A stretch of DNA of 63,977 nucleotides, the filler included, from Trichomonas gallinae (Eukaryota), in NCBI GenBank assembly GCA_008369845.1. It is 8 parts of 8 records of this genome, joined end to end, with 100 filler letters (N's around TTAATTAATTAA, not from the genome) between each part and the next. Parts side by side here need not be neighbours in the genome. Positions count along the whole stretch, not along the records: positions 39,610 to 47,132 come from MRSU01000432.1; positions 47,233 to 52,378 come from MRSU01000435.1; positions 52,479 to 60,942 come from MRSU01000437.1; 5 more parts are not named here. One strand, 5' to 3'. Numbering within the stretch: position 1 is the first letter of the stretch; each line of letters starts with the position of its first letter. The position numbers were made by a program, and so were the translations under genes. The notes under the pieces were generated by a model. That model was not told where the DNA came from and searched no databases. It saw nothing but the letters and a program-made list of their open reading frames with translations. Shown here piece by piece: positions 44,201-53,217 of this stretch.

Positions 44201-47132
44201 TCTTATCTGGTGTCTTTTCTGTTGTTGATGGTGATAACTCAATTGCGAAAACATCAGCTGATGTAATTGAGAATTTATTTTCATTGTGAACTCGGATATT
44301 TTGGTAAACAAATTCACTTGTTTGCAAGTCATTGCGAGCTGGATGAATAGCAAATGATTCGTTTGGATTCATAGACAAAACTTGCTCTGAATACCTGTCT
44401 TCAATTATTGGCAATGAGCTGGATAAATGAATTTCATCTATAACAACCTCAAATGAGTTTTCTTCACTGCTCAAGTTCATCTTTGGAGAGTTAACAAACT
44501 CATGATCTTGCATTACACTACTGATCTGAAGAAGAGGATCGTAATTATGAGAAAGATTTGTGGAGCTTTGGATTAATGGGAATGTCTCTGATAAAACGTT
44601 GACGAACTTCATGCTTGGAATGTATTGGAACTCGATCTGGGCAGACGTGATGTATGAAATCTCATGGTGCGTTTCTGGTTTAGAAGAATCTTCAATGACA
44701 AAGGACTTGTGGGATGGAGCACTGTAATCGAATTTGGTATCGATTGGAGCGAATTCAAGTTCTTGTTGATCAGACAATTGCAGGTTGTTATCGATTGTTT
44801 TTTCTTCATATTCAGGTGCTGAAAATTCAAGATTAAGCTTTTCTTCTCGCTCGATCTTTGGCTGATCGTCTTGTTCATTATTGATATCATTTAATGTTTC
44901 TTCAGCATCATTGATTGACAAGCTTGTGACAGCATCGGATAGTGAAAGAGGAACTTGTGAAATATTGGATTCGATGTTGATTTCTGATTGGCTCTCGTCA
45001 ACAACAAGAGATGGATCATAGAGGATTTGCGATATATGCAATTCTGATGTTTGTAGATCAACATTTTCTTGGATTTTGTCGAATGTTGAAGCAAACTCTG
45101 TTGAAAGAACAGTGTTTCTTGGAACTAAATGAATTGTATCAAACTGAGACTTTGATAGTTTTCGTGGAGAACTAATCTCAAAGTTCTGAAGAATATCAAT
45201 GGATTCATGGGCTTTGTAATATGATAATGTTGGACTATTGATGATATCAGATGAGTTGAGAGCGGAAATTTCAAGGTTGTTTGCTTCCTTTTGTATTTCA
45301 AATTCATTTGGTTCGTTTGTTGACAAAATTGCTTTTTCTTCGAGTTCTCGAGGGATTTCGAACTCGTTTAATTCGACTGTTGACAAAGCAATTTTATCTG
45401 CATCGGTCAAGTGAATTTCGAACTCACTTGGTTCATTGGTTGACAAAGCAACTCTTTCTTGGTCATCAACTTGTTGAATTTCGAATTGATTTGGTTCTGT
45501 TGTTGATAATGTTGCCTTTTGAGTGGTTTCTGATTCATCTGGTTGTATTTGTGCTTGAGTAACTTCGAAATTGTTTGAATCGTTAATGGAAAGTGCAGCC
45601 TTTTGAGAATCTTGTTGAGATTCAGTTGGCTTGTTTTCAGCTTCATTGAATGAAACATCAGAGATTTGCAATTTCTTAGATTTATCGAGGTTTTCGTCGA
45701 TATCTGTGATATCAATATCAGTGTTCAATGATAATTCTGGGGTTGATTTGATATCATGTGTTGTAGATTCTGAAACATTCAACTGCAAAACAGGCTTCAA
45801 TGATTCGACAAAGAACAACTCTTCATGAACAGTGTTGAACTTGGATGCATTCAATATCTCGCTGGACATTGATTTGCTGATAAAAAGTGGCATAGCTGGT
45901 GACGGAGCATCAACATAGCTGTAGTAATGCACCTTGCTTATCTCGAAGTTTGATGCAATAGATTCTGCATCAAAAACAACATCGTCTTTCTTCGATAAGT
46001 CATTGCTATATAAGCTTTCTTTGAATGATGATTCACCGAGTTTGATGAATTCAGAAACTGTTGGTGCGAGCTGACATTCAGCAGACTTTGTTGCAATAAC
46101 ACTGTTCTCGATTTCGTTGTCTATTTCTAAGTTATGTGATTCTTTCTCTACATATTCTAAATCAACGGATGGCTCTAAGTACATCATAGCAAGATTTGGC
46201 TGAACCAAAGATTGGTGAATGCTAAGTTGAGACTTAGAAACTTCTAACTCAGTATTATTGGAATCTGATGTTCCAAGATAGAAAGGTTCACCAGATTCTA
46301 ATGCTGTATTTACTGAAGATTGCCTTTCCAAATCAGTTTCTGAAGATGATTTCGTCTCATTCATGAAATCGAAAACTGTGGATGAATAAACAGAGAAGTT
46401 AAGTTCATTTCTTGGTGGAAGATACAATGAATGGAAAACTTTGCTAAGTTCAAATTGCTGTGATGAAGAAGTGATGCTGATTGGTTCTGTGTTGTGTTGA
46501 AAAAGTGCTGGTGATTCTAATTTGACGTCGAGTTCTTGCGTGTTGAGAGATTCAGAAAGATGGATTTCGATTTCATTGATTTCATGAGAAATAATGTCAT
46601 TACTAACAGAAATTGGTGCTCTGGTAGCAGCTTCTGATTTGATATCAATCTCTTCAATGTCCTTCGATTCAGAAAGATTCGATTCAAGAAGTGGAATTTC
46701 GTGGATCAACAATTCCTGGCTTAGATTCAATGATGTATCATTATCTTCATTGATTTCATGAGAAACAACATCATCGCTGATAGAAACTGACCATTTAGCA
46801 GTAGATTTAGTTTCATCTGTTTGCAAATCATGTTTGACTTCTGTTGGAGAAACTGAGATTGGTTCTGATGTGAATGCGGACAAATTAGTTTCAATTGGTG
46901 AAGGATGAAGAACAGAGTAATATATACGACTGAGTTCAAATGAGTCACTTAAGGATGGATAATCAACTAATTCTGTGTGATATGTTGAAAGTTGTGGCTG
47001 TGATGATGCAACAACAATATCATGCTTGACTTCTTTGTGTGCAACTTCCGACTCAACATAAATGGATTCGGAGTTGAAGTTGGAAAGAGATTTGATTGAT
47101 GAGAAAATATTAACACTTTCATTGGATGTGAT
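41268..47132 (-). CDS. Very large S/E/I-rich repetitive protein, 5' incomplete (>1950 aa), two short C-terminal coiled coils
   Basis: Frame stays open upstream of the ORF-track start (46883) to the contig edge at 47132. Confidence 0.85.
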   Translation of the reverse strand: MTSNESVNIFSSIKSLSNFNSESIYVESEVAHKEVKHDIVVASSQPQLSTYHTELVDYPSLSDSFELSRIYYSVLHPSPIETNLSAFTSEPISVSPTEVKHDLQTDETKSTAKWSVSISDDVVSHEINEDNDTSLNLSQELLIHEIPLLESNLSESKDIEEIDIKSEAATRAPISVSNDIISHEINEIEIHLSESLNTQELDVKLESPALFQHNTEPISITSSSQQFELSKVFHSLYLPPRNELNFSVYSSTVFDFMNETKSSSETDLERQSSVNTALESGEPFYLGTSDSNNTELEVSKSQLSIHQSLVQPNLAMMYLEPSVDLEYVEKESHNLEIDNEIENSVIATKSAECQLAPTVSEFIKLGESSFKESLYSNDLSKKDDVVFDAESIASNFEISKVHYYSYVDAPSPAMPLFISKSMSSEILNASKFNTVHEELFFVESLKPVLQLNVSESTTHDIKSTPELSLNTDIDITDIDENLDKSKKLQISDVSFNEAENKPTESQQDSQKAALSINDSNNFEVTQAQIQPDESETTQKATLSTTEPNQFEIQQVDDQERVALSTNEPSEFEIHLTDADKIALSTVELNEFEIPRELEEKAILSTNEPNEFEIQKEANNLEISALNSSDIINSPTLSYYKAHESIDILQNFEISSPRKLSKSQFDTIHLVPRNTVLSTEFASTFDKIQENVDLQTSELHISQILYDPSLVVDESQSEINIESNISQVPLSLSDAVTSLSINDAEETLNDINNEQDDQPKIEREEKLNLEFSAPEYEEKTIDNNLQLSDQQELEFAPIDTKFDYSAPSHKSFVIEDSSKPETHHEISYITSAQIEFQYIPSMKFVNVLSETFPLIQSSTNLSHNYDPLLQISSVMQDHEFVNSPKMNLSSEENSFEVVIDEIHLSSSLPIIEDRYSEQVLSMNPNESFAIHPARNDLQTSEFVYQNIRVHNENKFSITSADVFAIELSPSTTEKTPDKNLEKQALSLSVSESLVESQVGKEINQLSISELVDISKNVPIDLTNQTQIIGDIIGNDEKLSFSEISFNSLSEVGSQSEESSNEQNKQRSYNPSLSIDSSVSPEINLSYSQINLEIGSAFDMNINTPIRSQMTPTTTLYVLGSNLDSVSLDISETNYQMFEQDNSALYNTEVEIPKFELAEYSYMKYNNLPVKYKIYSPVNETISIGVASNNQHSQLQICDEWNKVEFGFNSQIANLSISNSTIRDVMLDDYEPSQLIAEQPEFKLSDVSSYTVKDSNISDFKVEESIIVNEVDEEPKFSISSTSSFFNTPPVNEPSNTKLNVSDVFESHRFHSDMIDNVSQTKTDITTTTEILGVKGTKPVLSFTSDSFEIEPTKIFIRESMPSLSFANYSFNIDETKKNIVKQSNSVSYEIGAIGDMTPFIEHLPPIRHLPDLEFSHAVINESFYSSKKLGNYDPIISSSYVVSFGYDRLNTRESMSSDAELALSDTLGLNMDRIPPLSRTNTWQFSIEREFANFNYTQRKLNLKIDGSVDFESEGVASSNILEKAYGRKVVEADNLVDDNEALKMRVITLGNRYNSLREQFAKNMKENAEKSEELLTENAKLSIENARLKQRNNAILQQAEAKIMKILKQQNEEKYLPMCDISSAESYEIESDFHELSVAEDLQFYEIPFKPNPVVVQSVPRKEIILSLQSTLEFSRVDRHFNFFHQTGAMTMSSIAPRDDRPFLTIGGQHVFNYLKPLPRFSFDFRHIRVNPQERGIMHMEVLEPVAHILNEQPKKKFSETSTQKDVEEPTKVSTLLAVSNLIVLESSRTQTLSISPSPIIMETDPFANYFASTQRDLNSQIRAPLSPPRRLIAKSPEVFKIINTPRRISPKPLIISNPNISLSVIKKNTTLSVSGICSFAKISSQNKLSRGDTFSISLPLKEEKVDEKDALIAVLKQSVDDLNVQLEQQLKRQSELVNELGQVRKNYAALINH
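45290..45610 (-). repeat. Coding tandem repeat, ~60-84 bp period, ~5 copies (KxALSTNEPNEFEI-like)
   Basis: KAALSINDSNNFEV, KATLSTTEPNQFEI, RVALSTNEPSEFEI, KIALSTVELNEFEI, KAILSTNEPNEFEI. Confidence 0.85.
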
Positions 47133-47232
47133 NNNNNNNNNNNNNNNNNNNNNNNNNNNNNNNNNNNNNNNNNNNNTTAATTAATTAANNNNNNNNNNNN
47201 NNNNNNNNNNNNNNNNNNNNNNNNNNNNNNNN
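47133..47232. other. Artificial contig spacer
   Basis: N44-TTAATTAATTAA-N44. Confidence 0.98.
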
Positions 47233-47297
47233 TAGTGTAATGGTTATCATGTAAGATTGTCGTTCTTTTGATCCGGGTTCGATTCCCGGTGACCGAG
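47233..47297 (+). tRNA. tRNA-Asp(GTC), first ~7 nt lost at the contig edge
   Basis: D-arm TAGTGTAATGGTTATCA, anticodon arm AAGA-TTGTCGT-TCTT with GTC at 47259-47261, T-arm CCGGG-TTCGATT-CCCGG, 3' acceptor TGACCGA+G, then an oligo-T Pol III terminator. Confidence 0.9.
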
Positions 47298-47661
47298 CTT
47301 TTTTCTATTTTTTTATTTTGTTTCTTGTTCCCAATCCAATTATACAGAAAATAAGATTTTTACTATGACAAATCGAATATATCTATTGTTAATTTATGTT
47401 TGATCAATTAAATCGATATGAAATCTTTGATTCATATTGCAATTAAATTCTTTTGGTGATTATTGAAAAATAACATTCAATATAGCACCACATTTAAAAA
47501 TTTCCGATAGAAGATAAAATTTTATATTTGTATTTCCTTGCAAGCATATTTAGATAAACCAAAAGAATGAGAGTGAGTTGTGTGTTTGACATGTAAAATT
47601 ATACACGTCAAAAATCGATTTGATAAATAAACCTGACGATAGGAAACTAAAAAATTAAAAA

Positions 47662-50600
47662 ATGAAACCTTCATTCTTTCAGCCAATCGTTGAATTATAC
47701 AAGAATTCGGCCGCTGATAAGCAACGTAATGTTGTTGTGCAGCTCGCAAAGCATGGAAATCCTGAAGGATTCTTGGAATATTTGAATTCGAGAATTGGAC
47801 AAAAGAATTTTCAATCTCAAATTATCTTCTCGCTTGCTATAGAATACTGCTTGGAAGCACGTACCAATTTCAAGCACGAAACTCTTAATGGATATGTTGA
47901 TTTCTTTATTAAGATGCTTGAACAATATCCAACCCCGTCATCATTCACAAAATTCGCAGAATTTCTCGTCGCTGTATTCGCGAATGTAGATTCGTATGAC
48001 ACAGATAAAATGTTTAATATCTTGAAAAATCTTCCGAATGACATCTCAATTCTTCCACTCGCACACTTTTCTGTCCAAAACAAGCAATACATGCAGTATG
48101 TTTTTGACAAAGCAATAACAATGGATACAACACTTGATAATCCTTCCGTCCTTTTGTGGTGCCAGTCAATTTCTATTCTATTCAACAATGGAAAGGATTC
48201 TATTACATACGATAACGAAAAAGTTTACCAATGCATTGAGAATTCTCTTAAAAATATCAATTTGCCATTATCTCTTAAGTTTATGGTGTTTAATGCATGC
48301 CTTAACTTTTTGAATCGTGAAACATGCAATAATATGATAAATTCACACTTCAAAAATCTTTGTTTGGAGATTAATTCCTCTTCAAAAGGCGGAGACTTCG
48401 CTGAAGCACTTATTGCTGCATCAAATGTAATGAGCCACATCAAAGCAGAGAAAGTTATCGATCCAAGTGTTGTCTATGACACATTATTTAATCAAATATT
48501 AATTTATTATCGTCCTCTTGATGTTATTGATAATGCATTAGTTGTAGCTTGCAAGACTATTGACACTGAATCGCTCAAATTCTTGTTAAATCCATTCGTT
48601 GCTGCTAATGTTAATCCAAATTGCGCTTACTTCATTATTTCTCACTTTCCAGCTGACGAATACCTTCCATACTTACTTGGTGTTGACACAGATTTGTCAA
48701 TTACTGTCTGGCAATACAAACAAATTTTATATTATTTAGAAAACTTTTCTGTTCCTTCCACTTATATTCCACACCTGTTTAAACTCGTAACTGTTACAGA
48801 TATGCCAGTTTTAGATGCAATTCTCGACAGATCTCCACATATGTATTGCACAGCTGCTGCAAAGTACTTAGCAACATCAGATGACAAGGCGAAGATCGAG
48901 TATATAGCATCAGCACTCTCAAAGCGCCAGGTTCTTCCATTCATAAGATCCAGGCAGCTTCCTACAGCTTTCGTTAATGTTGCAATTCAAACACTTCAAG
49001 GAGAAGCGGCAACGATGCCGTTCGCAGTGATGATGGAGTACTTATACGCATGCTGCTCATGTGTCGAAGAGGAATCAGAAGAAAATGATAGAGTTATGAT
49101 AACGAACAAATTCGCCAGATCTCCGCAAAAGGTTCACCATGAATACGAAGAAGATGCAAACGAGCATAACTTAAGTGAAGAACCGCCAGTTTCTCCAGTA
49201 GCACAGAGTCCAGCAGAAAATCCAACCGAAGAACAACAAAATGAGCCAAAACAAGCTGAAGAAGAAGCTGAAAACGAAAATAAGCCAAATGAAACCGAAA
49301 ACAAACATGAAAATACAGAAAATGAAAATAATTTACCAAAAAGTGAAGAAAATACTGAAAAGCCTCCAAAGACTGATTCTCCGAAGCGTTCATCCAAGTC
49401 TATGCAGCTGAGGAAGGATTTTTCAACAGCGGTTTTATTCAAGCTCGGTGATGAAGCTGCTGCCGACTTCCCAACTGACTTCTTCGATGTTTCTCACGTC
49501 AAATGCAATGCTACATCTCCAGCAATGCTTGTCTACAATATAGTACAGCGCTCACAAGACTTCTGCACAACATTAACAAACATGGTTCTCGACGGAATCC
49601 GCGAAGGAAAGTCTGCGAACTGTATAATGATTGCTGCAATTTCAGGAGACCAGCAACTCTTAAACCAATGCGTGCAAGTCCTTTCTCAGACACCATCAAT
49701 GCTTGTTCACTTCTTTACAGTCTGCTGCTGCGTTTCACCAAGAATTGCTGCCGAAGAAATGGTCAGATACTTCACTAAAGTAGAAAAAGTACAATCTTTC
49801 TTTACAAAGAAGACAGTCAGCAGTGTTGACGAAATTAAACTCGAAACAGTTTTGCACTCATTGATATCCATGGCGCCATTCATCAAGATCACTCCTCAGA
49901 TAGTAGATCTTCTAAGGATGGTCTTCGAACAGTCCCGCGGCTCTTTCTTATCATTCGAAGCAATCGCAGCAATTTGCAGAAACGCTCTAGATAAATACGA
50001 CGTAGATATGCTTTTGACAACGATGGCGAAAGAGAAGAACAAGTGTGATTCTAAGACATTCATCGATGCTTTGACGTCTGTTATACAGATTGCTGTGAGC
50101 ATTTCACCAGAGAACGCAGAACTTGTTTCAGAAGTTTGGGTTAAAAACATGACGACCGGTGACATTAAACCAGACAAAACCTGCCAATTCGAAAAAGCAT
50201 TTCTCAACGAGAAATTCTCCGATGTCACATTAGTCCCTTATCTCACACACCTCGAGCGCGCTTTCATCAAACAAGAAGACTGCGTCGCGTTATACAGATC
50301 ACTATCCAGGATAATAGAAATGAAGACAGTCGACTTGAAATTCTTGCAAAGGTATATAACACTTTGCATTTCAAACTGCTTGTCTACTAACATCGAAATC
50401 AGAAACTTCTGTGTCGAAACACTTAAAACATGGCAGGGATTGGAGAACACTATATCGCCTGACGTGCAGCCCAGTTTCACCACAGACACAATCGATGCAA
50501 CTCGTCCTTTCTTCGACGAACTTTCTTCCAAATTCGCTCCACAGACTCGTCTTTTGCTGGCCGAGGCTGTAATGAAGCACTTCATGGAGTGCAAGGCTGA

Positions 50601-52185
50601 GAACAGAGTCGCCATTCTCATATTCTTGGATTGCTTGATAACACTCGACAAGAACGTCGACGTATACATGAAGAAAGGAAACTTCGTACATAATTTGTTG
50701 CAGATGACAACACTTTTCGACTTCAAGTCACCTTTGGCTTCTATGCATTGCAACATTCTCTACACGCTCGCTTGCACATGCCCGAGTGCTTTCTTCGATC
50801 AGATATTAGAGTTTTCTAACGACTCGGTTTATGTGAGACACTTTTTGGGTAGATACTACGGTGAGACATCATTCGCGAAAGCTTTCTCCCGCTTCATATA
50901 TTTCAAAGTCGAAGACTGCGTGAACAAGCAGGATGAGTCTGTGATGCCGAAATTGCTTCGCTATCTCGACAGAAATATTTCGAAGCAGATCTTTATGTAC
51001 ACTGAGCCAGATGAAATCGCGGTTTTCCTCTACACTTTGTTCCTGATTATATCTGATTTATATGACGCGAGGAGGAAGAACAGGAAGTCGCCATCTGAAG
51101 TCCAAGAGATGCTCGAAGTCTTGTACAGCGTCACTCAGAGATTTCAGGAGAATACAACTGTTTCGCTGCAAAGACAGCAGTTCGATTTCAGCAGTGAAGA
51201 CAGATTTTCTAACTGTTTGTCAGACTTTGTCAGAGAATTCTCTAGGTTACCAAACATTGCCGTTTCCCTCTTCGTGCAGAAAGTTTTCAAGCTCAGCAAC
51301 AATGCAACTCATTCTTCATCCGGTGGCATTGTTTTTGCTTATCTTCTTGCTTCGTATTCTCAGGCGTATTCGCAGGAAAGCCGCAGATTGCTCGCCGAAT
51401 ATCTTTCCATGTTCTTCGCATTCCTCAAGGATGGAAAGGCCACGGATCCAAGAATTGTTTCATCACTGATGTCCGCCATTATCCTCTTCACCCCCTCTTC
51501 ATTCAAGACACTCGATTTCACGCAGATTCAGCGCTTGTTGAATGTAACACTAGAAACAGCCAAATCGTGCCCGCAAAAGGCACTTAAAGTCATCAACCTT
51601 ATTGTCTCGGCTGCAGACAAGAAAGTCATAGAAACGCAGCTCGGCTCAATCGTCGGCACGATCAGAGTCCTCATACAGTCTGGCACAGACGAGAAAGAGT
51701 GCTTTGCCTTGCTGAGAGCAGTCCTCGAAGTCAGACGCGAAGCTGAGTGGTTCATTAAGGATGGAGCCGTTTCTCTTGGAAGGATGACGCAGATTGTTGT
51801 CTCGCAAAGAAACGATGACGTGGAGATGATACTCGCGAAGTTGATGTCTTGCGAAGAATTCGACCATCAGGCGATATTTACTACAATGATGGGCTTGTTC
51901 GCAGCTGTGGAACTCTCCCACAGCCACTACGCGAAGATATGCGAGCAGGTCCTCGCGAAACTTGAGCCGGCTAAGGCAAACGAGCACCAGGTCAGACTCG
52001 TGACGAGCATCTGCATTCCGCTCTGCAGCGTTGGCGATGGAAGTGGAGATTCTGCTCTAGATAAATTTGGTAATTTCCTCGTCACAGCAATGGAGAAGAA
52101 TCAAGACCAGTCGGTCCTCAGTGCTGCTATGGAAGGTTTTGCAAAACTCAGTATAATGCGCAGACCGCAAAAACAACAGCATTAA
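47662..52185 (+). CDS. Large alpha-helical (HEAT/ARM-like) hypothetical protein, 1507 aa, with acidic central linker
   Basis: Uninterrupted 4.5-kb ORF, amphipathic helical composition, E/N/P-rich linker at about aa 470-580. Confidence 0.85.
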   Translation: MKPSFFQPIVELYKNSAADKQRNVVVQLAKHGNPEGFLEYLNSRIGQKNFQSQIIFSLAIEYCLEARTNFKHETLNGYVDFFIKMLEQYPTPSSFTKFAEFLVAVFANVDSYDTDKMFNILKNLPNDISILPLAHFSVQNKQYMQYVFDKAITMDTTLDNPSVLLWCQSISILFNNGKDSITYDNEKVYQCIENSLKNINLPLSLKFMVFNACLNFLNRETCNNMINSHFKNLCLEINSSSKGGDFAEALIAASNVMSHIKAEKVIDPSVVYDTLFNQILIYYRPLDVIDNALVVACKTIDTESLKFLLNPFVAANVNPNCAYFIISHFPADEYLPYLLGVDTDLSITVWQYKQILYYLENFSVPSTYIPHLFKLVTVTDMPVLDAILDRSPHMYCTAAAKYLATSDDKAKIEYIASALSKRQVLPFIRSRQLPTAFVNVAIQTLQGEAATMPFAVMMEYLYACCSCVEEESEENDRVMITNKFARSPQKVHHEYEEDANEHNLSEEPPVSPVAQSPAENPTEEQQNEPKQAEEEAENENKPNETENKHENTENENNLPKSEENTEKPPKTDSPKRSSKSMQLRKDFSTAVLFKLGDEAAADFPTDFFDVSHVKCNATSPAMLVYNIVQRSQDFCTTLTNMVLDGIREGKSANCIMIAAISGDQQLLNQCVQVLSQTPSMLVHFFTVCCCVSPRIAAEEMVRYFTKVEKVQSFFTKKTVSSVDEIKLETVLHSLISMAPFIKITPQIVDLLRMVFEQSRGSFLSFEAIAAICRNALDKYDVDMLLTTMAKEKNKCDSKTFIDALTSVIQIAVSISPENAELVSEVWVKNMTTGDIKPDKTCQFEKAFLNEKFSDVTLVPYLTHLERAFIKQEDCVALYRSLSRIIEMKTVDLKFLQRYITLCISNCLSTNIEIRNFCVETLKTWQGLENTISPDVQPSFTTDTIDATRPFFDELSSKFAPQTRLLLAEAVMKHFMECKAENRVAILIFLDCLITLDKNVDVYMKKGNFVHNLLQMTTLFDFKSPLASMHCNILYTLACTCPSAFFDQILEFSNDSVYVRHFLGRYYGETSFAKAFSRFIYFKVEDCVNKQDESVMPKLLRYLDRNISKQIFMYTEPDEIAVFLYTLFLIISDLYDARRKNRKSPSEVQEMLEVLYSVTQRFQENTTVSLQRQQFDFSSEDRFSNCLSDFVREFSRLPNIAVSLFVQKVFKLSNNATHSSSGGIVFAYLLASYSQAYSQESRRLLAEYLSMFFAFLKDGKATDPRIVSSLMSAIILFTPSSFKTLDFTQIQRLLNVTLETAKSCPQKALKVINLIVSAADKKVIETQLGSIVGTIRVLIQSGTDEKECFALLRAVLEVRREAEWFIKDGAVSLGRMTQIVVSQRNDDVEMILAKLMSCEEFDHQAIFTTMMGLFAAVELSHSHYAKICEQVLAKLEPAKANEHQVRLVTSICIPLCSVGDGSGDSALDKFGNFLVTAMEKNQDQSVLSAAMEGFAKLSIMRRPQKQQH

Positions 52186-52296
52186 ATAAAATTATTGTGT
52201 TTTATTCCTGAACTAATTTTTTTAATATATAATATGAATTTATTGAATAAGAAAAAAAAAATAAAAAAATCTAACTCCGCTCATTTACTTTTAGCT

Positions 52297-52378
52297 TCAA
52301 TTAGTAATAAGAACTGTGCGAATAATTTCTTGTGATGATAACTCATCATAGTCCAAGGCTTTGAAGTAGATGTCGTAG
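52297..52378 (-). CDS. Possible 3' end of a gene cut by the contig edge
   Basis: YDIYFKALDYDELSSQEIIRTVLITN*, resembling the end of an Ig/cadherin-like repeat; very short. Confidence 0.35.
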
Positions 52379-52478
52379 NNNNNNNNNNNNNNNNNNNNNN
52401 NNNNNNNNNNNNNNNNNNNNNNTTAATTAATTAANNNNNNNNNNNNNNNNNNNNNNNNNNNNNNNNNNNNNNNNNNNN
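52379..52478. other. Artificial contig spacer
   Basis: N44-TTAATTAATTAA-N44. Confidence 0.98.
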
Positions 52479-52857
52479 CTTGATCAAAATAGGTGCAAAA
52501 ATACAAAATTTTTTCCGTTGTAAAGTTTACAAAAAACGGTTAGAACGGTCCCTTAAATGATTAAGTAACTATGAAAATTGTGTTCTTTATTGTCATTATT
52601 ATATATTGGTTATTATTCGAGACTTAGATTTTTGATATCTGTCAAAATTTGAACGAAATTGTAACCGAGATCGGGACTAAATGATATTATGGTTTTAGCT
52701 ATGAAATATCAAATATAGATAACAATAAGAGAAACGACAAATCACAAGATAAAAAAAAAAAACTAAATTGTTAGTTGAACAGAAAGAGGAAAGTATTAAA
52801 ATTTACAGAGTGCAAAGCACATAAAAAACAAATTTGGAACAAAGTAATAAATATGAT

Positions 52858-53217
52858 CTATTGATGATATTGGACATTATTGAACAAATAATCTGTAGGA
52901 TAGGGCACGTATGGAATGCGTCCTTGTGAGACTATTTCGAAAGAAGGCTTTTTAGGATGAATTGGCTCTTTCAACAAATACTCGACTGACAGCTCTTTAG
53001 GCACAGAACTTTCGCGTTTCTCTACCGTTGGAACTGTATATTGGGTTGGTGCTACAGGATAATACATTTGTTGGCGTGGTGGATAAAAATTGTATTGATA
53101 AAACTGTAGTTTGGCTGTTCTATAGCCTTTAGTTTTCTTGCCTTTCTTTGATTTTATTGAGGATGTGACGTGTGCAATTGTTGGTTTTTTAGTTACGAGA
53201 GTAACTTCTTCGTGCAT
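52858..53217 (-). CDS. Hypothetical small protein (119 aa), basic N-terminus, P/Y/Q rich
   Basis: ATG-initiated ORF with higher GC than its flanks; KSKKGKK basic patch, LSVEYLL motif. Confidence 0.65.
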   Translation of the reverse strand: MHEEVTLVTKKPTIAHVTSSIKSKKGKKTKGYRTAKLQFYQYNFYPPRQQMYYPVAPTQYTVPTVEKRESSVPKELSVEYLLKEPIHPKKPSFEIVSQGRIPYVPYPTDYLFNNVQYHQ

